Source: Candidatus Aenigmatarchaeota archaeon | Lineage (GTDB): Archaea > Aenigmatarchaeota > Aenigmatarchaeia > QMZP01 > QMZT01 | Direction of reading: 5' to 3' | DNA: 64,000 bases | NCBI GenBank assembly: GCA_041489155.1 | Contig: JBGPQP010000001.1 | Span: forward strand, 25,431 to 89,430 | Shown here: piece after piece, positions 27,162-35,697 of the stretch | How positions within the stretch are numbered: the stretch's first letter is position 1 | Layout: each line of letters opens with the position of its first letter | Made by a program: the position numbers and the translations under genes | The notes under the pieces: generated by a model | Database searches by the model: none | Seen by the model: only the letters and a program-made list of their open reading frames with translations | Told to the model about the DNA's origin: nothing

Positions 27162-28997
27162 CTATAGTTTGAACAGGTTTTTAAAGAAATTCAGTACTCC
27201 GTTTATAGCCGCCGAGAACCAGTTGTCTTCCTTCTTTGAGACCAAGCTGCCGGTTGGGGTTTTTATTTGCTTTTCTTTGGGATTTTCATTTTTATTGTTT
27301 GTAGCATTTTCCTTTTCCAAGGTCTCGTTTGCCTGTTCACTGTCCTGGCCGCCGGTTTTTTGCTGCATTTCTTCTGACGGTTCTTTCACGAGTATGTCCC
27401 GTGTGATATCATGCTCCTTTCCGTCATAGATTATTTTGATACGCAGCTTATACCTGCCGGGCTCGGTATCATTTGAAATTCTGTTATTTAGGGTAACTGT
27501 GGTTGAGTTTCTTGTAGTAACTTCAACTTTATTGGCGTTCCACGTGTTGAGCCATTTCTTTCCGTCAAAACCGAGTGATAGCGGCTTATTGCCATCATAA
27601 ATGTACGAGTATACCGTGAAGTTCTTCTCCTGCGGTGTCTTCAGCAGCAGTTTTATTGCAAGTTCGGCGTTTTTGGCTATTTCATCTGGACACGAAATTA
27701 TTTCGAAATCCTTGGACACTTCATTAGGTTTTTCCGAATTATTGATTTTTTGACAAGGCGGGCAGGCGGAAGAGGAACAGGGTTTCGAGGTTTCAATCGT
27801 CTTTATTTTGCAGAAAGAACCGGAACTTCCTTCTATGTTTATTTGTTTTTCGTTGCTACCGTTAAGGCCTTCAATTTTTATAAAATACGTTCCATTCGGC
27901 AATACACCATCACAATTTGGACTTATCTGCAAAGGCACGGAAATCGTGTAATTCGAGAATTTGGTATATATGTTGAAAGTTGTCTTGCCGGCCTTCCTGC
28001 CTTCGGTATCTTCAATCCGCATTTCAACCGCGTTCTTCGTCGTATCGCCCTTGTAAATATTTATCATGACCTCTATTTCGTCGCCAAACCTCGCCTTCCC
28101 GTCAGAACCAAGTCCAGCATCAATGATGGAGATGCTGGAATCGGAAACCGGCGTGTCGCCTTCAACGACAATGATTTTTTCTGCACGATTGTTCGAAACA
28201 TTGGTGTCATTGCATTTGGCATCGGTTATTATTGCATTTATTTTATATCCTTCTGTTCCTGCCAAGGCGGGCGGAGTCCATGATTTTACAGTGGCCGTGT
28301 TGTTGGTTTTTGTTTTCGGCTTCAGAATATTGTCAAAAAAATCTTCTATCCAGTATTCAACCTCAGCTGCGTTTTCTGTTCCATTTAAATTTTTCACAAC
28401 CAGTCTGAAACTGTTGCCCTTGCCCACCGCAAAAATTTCTTCGCTTTCTATGCTTATTGACATGTCGCACTCACCATCTGTGGCGTTTGTCTGGTTAGCT
28501 GTTTGGTTCGTCTCGCTTACGCAAATATTTGGCAAACCGGGAGTAGAAATATTCTGTCTGACTAGTGTTTTTCCGCAAAGCCCATAAGAAATGTTTTTGG
28601 CAGCATTGAAATATTCGATTCGGCTTGTCTCGTTAGAACCATTAAGAATAGATATGTTGTCAGAGCTGTCTGCAAGCCTCATCCTGCTGTTTTCAAAAAT
28701 CTTTATGTTGGTTGGTTTCCACATGCCTGAGAAAACGCTGGCGTTTTTGGTGATTATTATGAATTCCCCTTGCAGGATTGTGCCATTGAGACGTGTTAAC
28801 GTAGACTCGCCTGTGTCTACACTGATATTTTCTATCACCTCATCTTGATCGCTGGCAAGTTCTATCCACTCTGAGCATTGGGAACAAGTATCGTTGGGAG
28901 CAGGCATAAATTCATTAACAAACAGGGCTTCAGCATCTGAAGGGTATATGAGCAAGATAATAACTAGGCAAAATACAATGCAGCATCTCAAGTCCAT
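27162..28997 (-). CDS. large secreted, heavily N-glycosylation-sequon-rich cell-surface protein
   Basis: N-terminal signal peptide MDLRCCIVFCLVIILLIYPSDAEA and 611 aa with dozens of N-x-S/T sequons (NDT, NIS, NGT, NAS, NET, NQT, NAT, NGS, NNT, NYT, NCS…). Ser/Thr/Asn-rich, beta-rich composition and a C-terminal amphipathic/hydrophobic tail (…NWFSAAINGVLNFFKNLFKL). Confidence 0.5.
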   Translation of the reverse strand: MDLRCCIVFCLVIILLIYPSDAEALFVNEFMPAPNDTCSQCSEWIELASDQDEVIENISVDTGESTLTRLNGTILQGEFIIITKNASVFSGMWKPTNIKIFENSRMRLADSSDNISILNGSNETSRIEYFNAAKNISYGLCGKTLVRQNISTPGLPNICVSETNQTANQTNATDGECDMSISIESEEIFAVGKGNSFRLVVKNLNGTENAAEVEYWIEDFFDNILKPKTKTNNTATVKSWTPPALAGTEGYKINAIITDAKCNDTNVSNNRAEKIIVVEGDTPVSDSSISIIDAGLGSDGKARFGDEIEVMINIYKGDTTKNAVEMRIEDTEGRKAGKTTFNIYTKFSNYTISVPLQISPNCDGVLPNGTYFIKIEGLNGSNEKQINIEGSSGSFCKIKTIETSKPCSSSACPPCQKINNSEKPNEVSKDFEIISCPDEIAKNAELAIKLLLKTPQEKNFTVYSYIYDGNKPLSLGFDGKKWLNTWNANKVEVTTRNSTTVTLNNRISNDTEPGRYKLRIKIIYDGKEHDITRDILVKEPSEEMQQKTGGQDSEQANETLEKENATNNKNENPKEKQIKTPTGSLVSKKEDNWFSAAINGVLNFFKNLFKL

Positions 28998-29060
28998 GAA
29001 ACTAAAATGAAATATATATTAAAATATCTATGTTTAAACATTTGTTTAAACATCGCCGGC

Positions 29061-29597
29061 TCAGAGTTCCCGGCAGTCGTAGCAAATCCATCTGCCATTG
29101 ACGTTTCTAAGATCTTCTGTGAATTCCCCGCATTTCTCGCATATGCCTGAGATGGCCTGATCCGGCCTTGCGACGGCCTCTGCTTTCGCCTTCAATCTCT
29201 CCGAAAGAATTTCGATAAGCTCAGGGGACACTATCAGGACCTCTTTAGTCGAAACTATTCCCTTGAGCTCGTTGTTATAAACTACGGGGAATCTTTTGTA
29301 GCCAGTTTTCAGCATTTTCTTGGCGACTTTCATCAGGCTCTCTTCCGGAGAAACTGTCATGAAAGGTCTTTTAAGGCTCTTCCAGAAATCTCCTGCCCTG
29401 ACTCTTCTCAGATCCTTGTCTTTTGCGACGAGAGTCACTATGTCATTCGTTGTTACTAGACCGTTCGGTTTCTGTCTGTCCACTATAACAACGCAGCCTA
29501 TTTTGTTGTTTGTAAGAATCTTCGCTATCGTCGACATGTTCATTTTTGGATCCACTGTGACAACGTGCTTCTTCATTACGTCTTTTACTCTTATCAT
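29061..29597 (-). CDS. CBS-pair protein with a C-terminal zinc ribbon
   Basis: Two CBS repeats (MIRVKDVMKKHVVTVDP…, …KRPFMTVSPEESLMKVAKKM…) and a C-terminal CEKCGEF…ICYDC Cys4 ribbon. Confidence 0.75.
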   Translation of the reverse strand: MIRVKDVMKKHVVTVDPKMNMSTIAKILTNNKIGCVVIVDRQKPNGLVTTNDIVTLVAKDKDLRRVRAGDFWKSLKRPFMTVSPEESLMKVAKKMLKTGYKRFPVVYNNELKGIVSTKEVLIVSPELIEILSERLKAKAEAVARPDQAISGICEKCGEFTEDLRNVNGRWICYDCREL

Positions 29598-29669
29598 TTT
29601 ATCCCCAGATTATTATTGTACCAGATGTTTTTAAACCTTCTTCGCTGCAGCTACCAATATCGGTTTTCG

Positions 29670-32402
29670 TTATTTCATTTTTTCTTTTATTTTCGCCTGC
29701 GCGGCAGCGAGTCTCGCTATCGGAACCCTGAAAGGCGAGCAGCTTACATAATCCATGCCGACCTTGTGGCAGAATTCTATGGATTTCGGGTCTCCTCCGT
29801 GTTCTCCGCATATTCCGATTTCCAAGTTTTTTCTGGTTTTCCTCCCGCGCTCAATTCCGATTTTTATCAGCTCGCCTATGCCTTCCTGGTCGATGGACTG
29901 GAAAGGATCTTCGGGCAGTATGCCATTTTTTATATACTCCGGAAGGAAGCTGCCTATGTCGTCTCTTGAGAAACCGAAACCCATCTGGGTCAGATCGTTG
30001 GTTCCGAAGGAGAAGAATTCAGACACCTCTGCAAGCCTGTTCGCGAGTATTGATGCCCTGGGTATCTCTATCATGGTTCCGAACATGTGCCTTATGTTTT
30101 TCAGCTTGTATTTAGCAAGCACTTCCTGATAGACTGTTTTTAATATTTCATACTGGTTTTTCAATTCCTTGACATCCGAAACAACTGGTATCATTATTTC
30201 AGGCCAGGGCTTTTTGCCTTCTTTTATAAGCTCGGCAGCTGCCTCAAATATCGCACGTATCTGGGCTTCTGATATCTCTTTGTACGTTATTCCGAGGCGG
30301 ACGCCACGATGGCCCATCATCGGGTTTGATTCGTGAAGATTCTCTGCTCTCTGTTCCAATTCATCAAGAGAGATGTTCAAGTCATTTGCGAGCTGCCGTA
30401 ATTTTTCACTGTCTTTTGGAACGAATTCATGCAGAGGCGGGTCCAACAAACGTATGACCACCGGGAACCCATGCATCGTCTCAAGAGTTCCCTTGATGTC
30501 CTTTTTCATGTAGGGAAAAAGCTCCTGCAACGCTCTCCTCCTTTCATCTTCTGTTTTTGATACTATCATTTTGCGCAGGATGAACAAAGGCTGTTCAGAG
30601 CCTTTTCCGTAAAACATGTGTTCTGTCCTGAAAAGGCCGATGCCCTCTGCCCCGAATAGCCTTGCCTTCGCTGCGTCTTCCGGCGTGTCGGCATTTGTTC
30701 GGACTCCCAGCTTCCTTACAGAATCGCAAAGCCTGAGGAATTCCTTAAGTTTCTTGTTCTCCTCCATCGCATCTATCATGGGAAGCTGTCCTTCGTATAC
30801 AACGCCTTTTGTACCGTTAACCGTGATCCAGTCTCCTTCCTTTACAAGCTTCCCTTCTGCGTGGATTTCTCTTTTTTCCATGTCGATATGAAGCGCGCCA
30901 GCCCCTACTATGCAGGATTTGCCCCACCCTCTTGCAACGAGCGCGGCATGCGAAGTCATGCCGCCGCGGGCTGTAAGGATGGCATGCGCAGCCCTCATGC
31001 CCTCAACGTCCTCCGGATTTGTCTCCTCCCTTACGAGAATAACTTTCTTGCCCTGTCTGGTCCATTCTACAGCGTCCTTTGCGCTGAACACCACTTGGCC
31101 AGAAGCGCCTCCTGGCCCTGCAGGAAGGCCCTTGGCAATTGGTTTTTTGGCGGCCTCTGCCTTCGGGTCGATCACCGGGTGAAGCAATTCGTCAAGCTGG
31201 CTGGGCGTGACGCGCATTATCGCCTCTTCCCTGCTTATCAATCTTTCCCTGAACATATCGAGTGCCATTGCGATTGCAGCGGGGCCATTCCTTTTGCCGA
31301 CCCTGCACTGCAGCATGTAGAACTTGTCTTTCTCTATCGTGAACTCAATGTCCTGCATGTCTCTGTAATGCCTTTCCAGGCGCTTTTGATATTCAAAAAG
31401 CTCCTTGTAAAGTTTAGGCATTGCTTTTTCAAGCGTGACCAGCGACTTGTTTTGCTCTGATTTAGAATATTCGTTTACCGGAGCAGGCGTTCTTATGCCG
31501 GCGACAACGTCCTCGCCTTGGGCGTTTATCAGGTACTCGCCATAGAATCGGTTATCTCCGTTACCAGGGTTTCTGGTAAAGCCCACGCCAGTCGCCGAAT
31601 CACTTCCCATGTTTCCGAAAACCATGGTCTGGACATTAACTGCAGTCCCCCAGTCGTCCGGTATGTTCTCTATGCGGCGATAAGCGACTGCGCGTTTCCC
31701 GTTCCATGAGGCGAACACCGCTCCTACCCCTCCCCACAACTGCTGGTTGTGATCGTCGGGGAAGTCCTTTTTCAGCACTTCTTTCACCTTTTCCTTGAAA
31801 AGGCTGCAAAGTTTTTTGAGATCGTCCGCTGTAAGATCTGTGTCGCTTTTGTATCCCTTCTGCTTTTTCATGTCGTCCATTATCCTGTCGAGCTGCTTGC
31901 GTATTCCGGCCTCGTCGTTCTTGGGTTCAATTCCTGCTGCCTTCTCCATGACGACATCTGAATACATCATTATCAGCCTTCTGTAGGCGTCATACACGAA
32001 GCGCTCATTGCCGCTGTGTTTCACAAGACCGGGAATGGTTTTATCAGTGAGACCGATGTTAAGCACGGTTTCCATCATGCCTGGCATCGAGCGCCTTGCG
32101 CCGGAACGGACAGAAACAAGAAGCGGGTTGTCAGGATCACCGAATTTTTTGTGCGTGAGGGACTCTATCCTTCTCATCGCCTTTTCAACATTTTCCTTGA
32201 GTCCAGTAGGGTATTTTTTGTTTTTATTATAATAGTACATGCAAACCTCAGTTGTAATGGTGAAACCGGGAGGCACCGGGAGGCGAAGATCTTTATGCCC
32301 CGCCATTTCCGCAAGGTTCGCTCCCTTGCCACCGAGGAGCTCTTTCATTTTTTCATTACCATCCGCCTTTCCCCCGCCGAAAAAGTAAACCATCTTCTTC
32401 AT
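29670..32402 (-). CDS. ppdK: pyruvate, phosphate dikinase
   Basis: N-terminal ATP-grasp start LLGGKGANLAEM; the phospho-His domain GGMTSHAALVARGWGKSCIVGAG; the C-terminal PEP-utilising TIM barrel (NPMMGHRGVRLGITY…, FFSFGTNDLTQMGFGFSRDD, ICGEHGGDP). 910 aa fits PPDK rather than PEP synthase. Confidence 0.9.
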   Translation of the reverse strand: MKKMVYFFGGGKADGNEKMKELLGGKGANLAEMAGHKDLRLPVPPGFTITTEVCMYYYNKNKKYPTGLKENVEKAMRRIESLTHKKFGDPDNPLLVSVRSGARRSMPGMMETVLNIGLTDKTIPGLVKHSGNERFVYDAYRRLIMMYSDVVMEKAAGIEPKNDEAGIRKQLDRIMDDMKKQKGYKSDTDLTADDLKKLCSLFKEKVKEVLKKDFPDDHNQQLWGGVGAVFASWNGKRAVAYRRIENIPDDWGTAVNVQTMVFGNMGSDSATGVGFTRNPGNGDNRFYGEYLINAQGEDVVAGIRTPAPVNEYSKSEQNKSLVTLEKAMPKLYKELFEYQKRLERHYRDMQDIEFTIEKDKFYMLQCRVGKRNGPAAIAMALDMFRERLISREEAIMRVTPSQLDELLHPVIDPKAEAAKKPIAKGLPAGPGGASGQVVFSAKDAVEWTRQGKKVILVREETNPEDVEGMRAAHAILTARGGMTSHAALVARGWGKSCIVGAGALHIDMEKREIHAEGKLVKEGDWITVNGTKGVVYEGQLPMIDAMEENKKLKEFLRLCDSVRKLGVRTNADTPEDAAKARLFGAEGIGLFRTEHMFYGKGSEQPLFILRKMIVSKTEDERRRALQELFPYMKKDIKGTLETMHGFPVVIRLLDPPLHEFVPKDSEKLRQLANDLNISLDELEQRAENLHESNPMMGHRGVRLGITYKEISEAQIRAIFEAAAELIKEGKKPWPEIMIPVVSDVKELKNQYEILKTVYQEVLAKYKLKNIRHMFGTMIEIPRASILANRLAEVSEFFSFGTNDLTQMGFGFSRDDIGSFLPEYIKNGILPEDPFQSIDQEGIGELIKIGIERGRKTRKNLEIGICGEHGGDPKSIEFCHKVGMDYVSCSPFRVPIARLAAAQAKIKEKMK

Positions 32403-32465
32403 ATTATCATCCCGCCTTTATCCTTTTTCAATAGTTGTTAAGCATTCCTATAAGGATTAAATCTG

Positions 32466-32496
32466 TGTCTTTTTATTTTAAAATATATATTAAAGC
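32466..32496 (+). promoter_or_regulatory. putative TATA/BRE promoter for the tandem pilin genes
   Basis: The AT-rich element ttttaaaatatatattaaagcc lies ~25-35 nt upstream of the ATG at 32515. That spacing is compatible with a leaderless or short-leader archaeal transcript. Confidence 0.35.
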
Positions 32497-32514
32497 CGGT
32501 CCAAACTTATATAT

Positions 32515-32994
32515 ATGGGCATGAAAGGGGTGTCACCAGTAATAGCCAGCGTGCTGCTAATCGGCATAACCGTCGCGATCGGCGTCATGCTGTCGTCATG
32601 GTTGACGCACTGGGTCTCCACAAGAACGCAACAGGCGAGCAGCGCGTGCGTGACGAGCACGAATTACAGGATCGATACAGCGATCTTCTCTTCAGTGACC
32701 GATAACGCCACAATAATAATAACCAATCTTGGAAGCGTTGAGCTTTACGGCTTCAGCGTGCAGGTGATGAACAAAACGGATGTTTCGGTTTTCAATTCAA
32801 GCGACTCCAGATTCAGGATAAGCCCGAACATAACACAGACTAGTCCCCTGAAAGAGCAGAGGTCTGCCATAATCATACTGGATATGAATGGAGATTATGA
32901 ATCGAATCTCGGAAGCACAGCGGACTTGATAAAGGTCCTCAACAGCGCATGCCCGACGTCTTCGGCCGAGACTTCGAGCATAATAAAGGAGTGA
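32515..32994 (+). CDS. class III signal peptide protein (archaeal type IV pilin-like)
   Basis: MGMKGVSPVIASVLLIGITVAIGVMLSS has the canonical prepilin-peptidase site K-G|V-S-P-V-I-A followed by a hydrophobic helix. A small (159 aa) Ser/Thr/Asn-rich mature domain with sequons (NAT, NKT, NSS, NIT). Confidence 0.75.
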   Translation: MGMKGVSPVIASVLLIGITVAIGVMLSSWLTHWVSTRTQQASSACVTSTNYRIDTAIFSSVTDNATIIITNLGSVELYGFSVQVMNKTDVSVFNSSDSRFRISPNITQTSPLKEQRSAIIILDMNGDYESNLGSTADLIKVLNSACPTSSAETSSIIKE

Positions 32995-33461
32995 TGAAGA
33001 TGAGAAAAGGAATATCCCCGCTGATATCAGTTATAATGTTGATAGCTTTTACGATGATAGTCGCCGGTATTCTGGCAGGATGGGCAACGCAGTTCGTTAC
33101 GCAGAGCCGTTCAGAACTGCAATTCTGTTCCAAGGCACAAGTTTTGATACAAAGGGCATACTATAACAACGATTCCAAGACCCTCAGCCTTGCGTTGTTC
33201 AATACAGGTGATGTCCCTCTGCACGGGTTTTCGGTCAGGATAACTTACAACAATGAATCCTTAATGTCGACGAAGTTTGAAACCCTGAACATATCATTCC
33301 AGGAAATAAAAACAATAAACCTGCCTGCAGATGACCTGCTCAATCAACTCGCTGTCGATGACACGATAAAGCAGGTAGTGGTGCAGTCGATGGAATGCAG
33401 GGGCGCGCAGGACCTAGTTGGCAGGTATGATATACAGGGCCTTGGCTTCAAGGCATACTAA
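32994..33461 (+). CDS. class III signal peptide protein (pilin-like), second of a tandem pair
   Basis: MKMRKGISPLISVIMLIAFTMIVAGILAGW carries the K-G|I-S-P-L-I-S site. The track ORF starts upstream at 32949, but the SD AAGGAG at 32986-32991 followed by ATG at 32994/33000 and the position of the signal peptide argue for the later start. The stop of the first pilin overlaps this start (TGATG). Confidence 0.7.
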   Translation: MKMRKGISPLISVIMLIAFTMIVAGILAGWATQFVTQSRSELQFCSKAQVLIQRAYYNNDSKTLSLALFNTGDVPLHGFSVRITYNNESLMSTKFETLNISFQEIKTINLPADDLLNQLAVDDTIKQVVVQSMECRGAQDLVGRYDIQGLGFKAY

Positions 33462-33463
33462 AC

Positions 33464-33500
33464 CATAGGAGCAAGCTGTTTTTATTTATTTTAAGCGTAA
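33464..33500 (+). terminator. oligo-T terminator-like tract after the pilin pair
   Basis: Sequence gctgtttttatttattttaagcg lies immediately after the stop at 33461. Archaeal intrinsic terminators are T-tracts. Confidence 0.35.
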
Positions 33501-33508
33501 TTCTTTCT

Positions 33509-33919
33509 ATGAAGTTCAAGTTTGTTAGCGATCTGACTTCGGACGTTGTTTTCGAGGCGTACGGGAAGGATCTGAAGGAAGTTTTTGAAAACGCAGCCAT
33601 CGCTCTATTCAGCGTGATATGCGATATCAAGAAAGTGAACCCTCTCATGAGAAAGGATGCCGAAGTCCAAGGCAAAGATGCCAAAGATCTTATGTTCAAC
33701 TGGCTCCAGACCCTGATAAGCATGGTCGACATCGAGTGTGCCTTTTTCTCAAAATTCGAAATAAAAAAAATATCCGAAAAACATTTGAAGGCACAGGTCT
33801 ATGGTGAGGATGCCGAACCGAAAAAGGGCCTTACTGTCGTGAAGGCCGTGACCTATTACAAGTTCAACTTGGAAGAAACAAAAAGCGGGTACAAGGTAAC
33901 AGTGGCGCTGGATATATAG
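33509..33919 (+). CDS. archease (RtcB activator)
   Basis: MKFKFVSDLTSDVVFEAYGKDLKEVFENAAIALFSV… matches the archease N-terminus (M.KFEfLeHTADvkfrAyGktLeEaFenAA.Am); ~136 aa; convergent with rtcB. Confidence 0.8.
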   Translation: MKFKFVSDLTSDVVFEAYGKDLKEVFENAAIALFSVICDIKKVNPLMRKDAEVQGKDAKDLMFNWLQTLISMVDIECAFFSKFEIKKISEKHLKAQVYGEDAEPKKGLTVVKAVTYYKFNLEETKSGYKVTVALDI

Positions 33920-33924
33920 CTTGT

Positions 33925-35331
33925 TTATCCTTTGCATACGCCAACAGGCACCGCTCTTGCAACTTTGAGCGAGATGCCGATGCCGTGCACGCTTTCTATC
34001 ACGTCGTCGACGTTTTTGTAGGCATCAGGCGCTTCCTCAGCTAAGACCATGGGATGGGTTGACTGCGCAATTATGCCCTTCCTAGCAAGGTCTTCCTTGA
34101 CCTTGCCGCCCCAGAACCTCTTTATGGCATCATTCCTCGACATCGCTCTTCCTGCACCGTGCACGGTCGAGCCGAACGCCTTTTCCATCGATTTCTCGGT
34201 TCCCTTGAGCAGATAGCTTGAAGTGCCCATGGTACCGGCAATAAGCACCGGATCGCCGGGAAAGCTCCTTGTCGAGCCTTTACGGTGCACATAAACCTTG
34301 CGCTTCTTTTCCTCGATCTTGTGCTCCTCAACTTTCACGACGTTATGACAGAGGCCGTAAACCGTATGCATATCCATCGCCTCCCAATTCTTATGAAAAA
34401 CTTTTTCAAACGTCTCGCGAATCCACTGGGTCATCACCAAACGGTTTGTAAAGGAATAATTCACGGCGCATTTCATGGCTGAAAAATAATCCAGGCCTTC
34501 CGGCGATTTCGCAGGCGCGCAGGCGAGCTGCCTGTCAGGAAGCCATATCTTGTATTTGTCGACCGCTTCCTCCTGAATTTTTAGGTAATCTGTCGCCACT
34601 TGGTGACCAAGACCGCGCGAACCGCAGTGAAGCATTATCAGTACCTGATCCTGATTTCTAATGCCCCATTTTTTTGCAGTTTCTGCGTCGTAAATATCAG
34701 TGACCCTCTGCACTTCAAGGAAATGGTTTCCTGCACCCAGCGTACCGAGCTGCTGAAGGCCACGCTGCCTTGCAAGAGGCGAAACCTTTTTCGGGTCCCC
34801 GCCGTTCATGCATCCCTTCTCTTCCATGTGTTCCTTGTCATCGGCGATGCCATAACCGTTCTCTATTGCCCAGTTCACGCCGCGCGTCAGGACCTGATCA
34901 AGCTGGTCGCTCGTCAGCTTAAGCGTGCCCTTCGCCCCGACGCCACAGGGTATCTTTTTGAAAAGCGATGATATGAGCTCGTTTAGCTTTGGTTTCAGTT
35001 CGCTGTAAGTCAGATTGGTCCTTATCGAATTGACGCCGCAGTTGATGTCAAAGCCACATAGGCCGGACGATATTATGCCGTCCTCGAAATCAAAAGCGCT
35101 CACCGCTCCCATCGGCAGGCCGTATCCCCAGTGCATGTCCGGCAGGCCGATAACAGGCTCTATCACGCCGGGCAGGCAGGCGACATTCGTAAGCTGTTCT
35201 ACAGCCGCGTTTTCAAGACCATCAATCACCTTTTTGTTGCCTATGATCTTCGCCTTGACGTTCATCCTTGGTCTAACGTTTTTTTCCAGTTCCCATTCGT
35301 AAGGCGAAATCTGCTTCAGTTTTTCTTTCAT
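33925..35331 (-). CDS. rtcB: RNA-splicing ligase RtcB
   Basis: Conserved blocks GLPDMHWGYGLPMGAV, GFDINCGV, HCGSRGLGHQVATDY, AGTMGTSSYLLKGT and HGAGRAMSR; 468 aa. Confidence 0.9.
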   Translation of the reverse strand: MKEKLKQISPYEWELEKNVRPRMNVKAKIIGNKKVIDGLENAAVEQLTNVACLPGVIEPVIGLPDMHWGYGLPMGAVSAFDFEDGIISSGLCGFDINCGVNSIRTNLTYSELKPKLNELISSLFKKIPCGVGAKGTLKLTSDQLDQVLTRGVNWAIENGYGIADDKEHMEEKGCMNGGDPKKVSPLARQRGLQQLGTLGAGNHFLEVQRVTDIYDAETAKKWGIRNQDQVLIMLHCGSRGLGHQVATDYLKIQEEAVDKYKIWLPDRQLACAPAKSPEGLDYFSAMKCAVNYSFTNRLVMTQWIRETFEKVFHKNWEAMDMHTVYGLCHNVVKVEEHKIEEKKRKVYVHRKGSTRSFPGDPVLIAGTMGTSSYLLKGTEKSMEKAFGSTVHGAGRAMSRNDAIKRFWGGKVKEDLARKGIIAQSTHPMVLAEEAPDAYKNVDDVIESVHGIGISLKVARAVPVGVCKG

Positions 35332-35412
35332 CTCTATCCCTCCAAGAACTATCTGTCTATGTTATTAATATTTAAAAATTTTTCTTATATAGGAATAACC
35401 AATATATTATAA

Positions 35413-35685
35413 TTGTTGGCAGGTGAGATGATGTCGAGGAAACAGTTCTACAAAAGGGGTTGGCACCACACGAAGACCAGGGGGAAGGAGACCAATGTAA
35501 CATGCGGTTTTTGCGGAAGAATGGTTCCTAAATACAAAACCTTCGCAGTCTTCAGGGGCTTCTCAATATCAGACCCTTCGCTCAGGAAAGAGCTCGGAGG
35601 GAGAAATTTTTCGCTCTCCTCCACAAAAATTTACGCATGCCCCTCGTGTGCCAGACATAGAAGAATAATAAAAAAGAAAAGATAG
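35413..35685 (+). CDS. rps26e: 30S ribosomal protein S26e
   Basis: Basic N-terminus (…RKQFYKRGWHHTKTRGKE) and the Cys4 pattern VTCGFCGRMVPKYKTFAVFRG…YACPSCARH match S26e (C.NCxRCVPKDKAIK…YCVSCAIH). The true start may be the internal MMSRK Met. Confidence 0.7.
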   Translation: MLAGEMMSRKQFYKRGWHHTKTRGKETNVTCGFCGRMVPKYKTFAVFRGFSISDPSLRKELGGRNFSLSSTKIYACPSCARHRRIIKKKR

Positions 35686-35697
35686 TGGTGTTTTGTA

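Noticed and set aside
30861-31460. 199 aa plus-strand ORF (and several others, e.g. 29755..30129, 30616..30891) inside the PPDK gene
   Set aside because: Antisense to a confidently identified 910 aa ppdK; compositions are Ala/Pro/Cys/Ser-rich without motifs.
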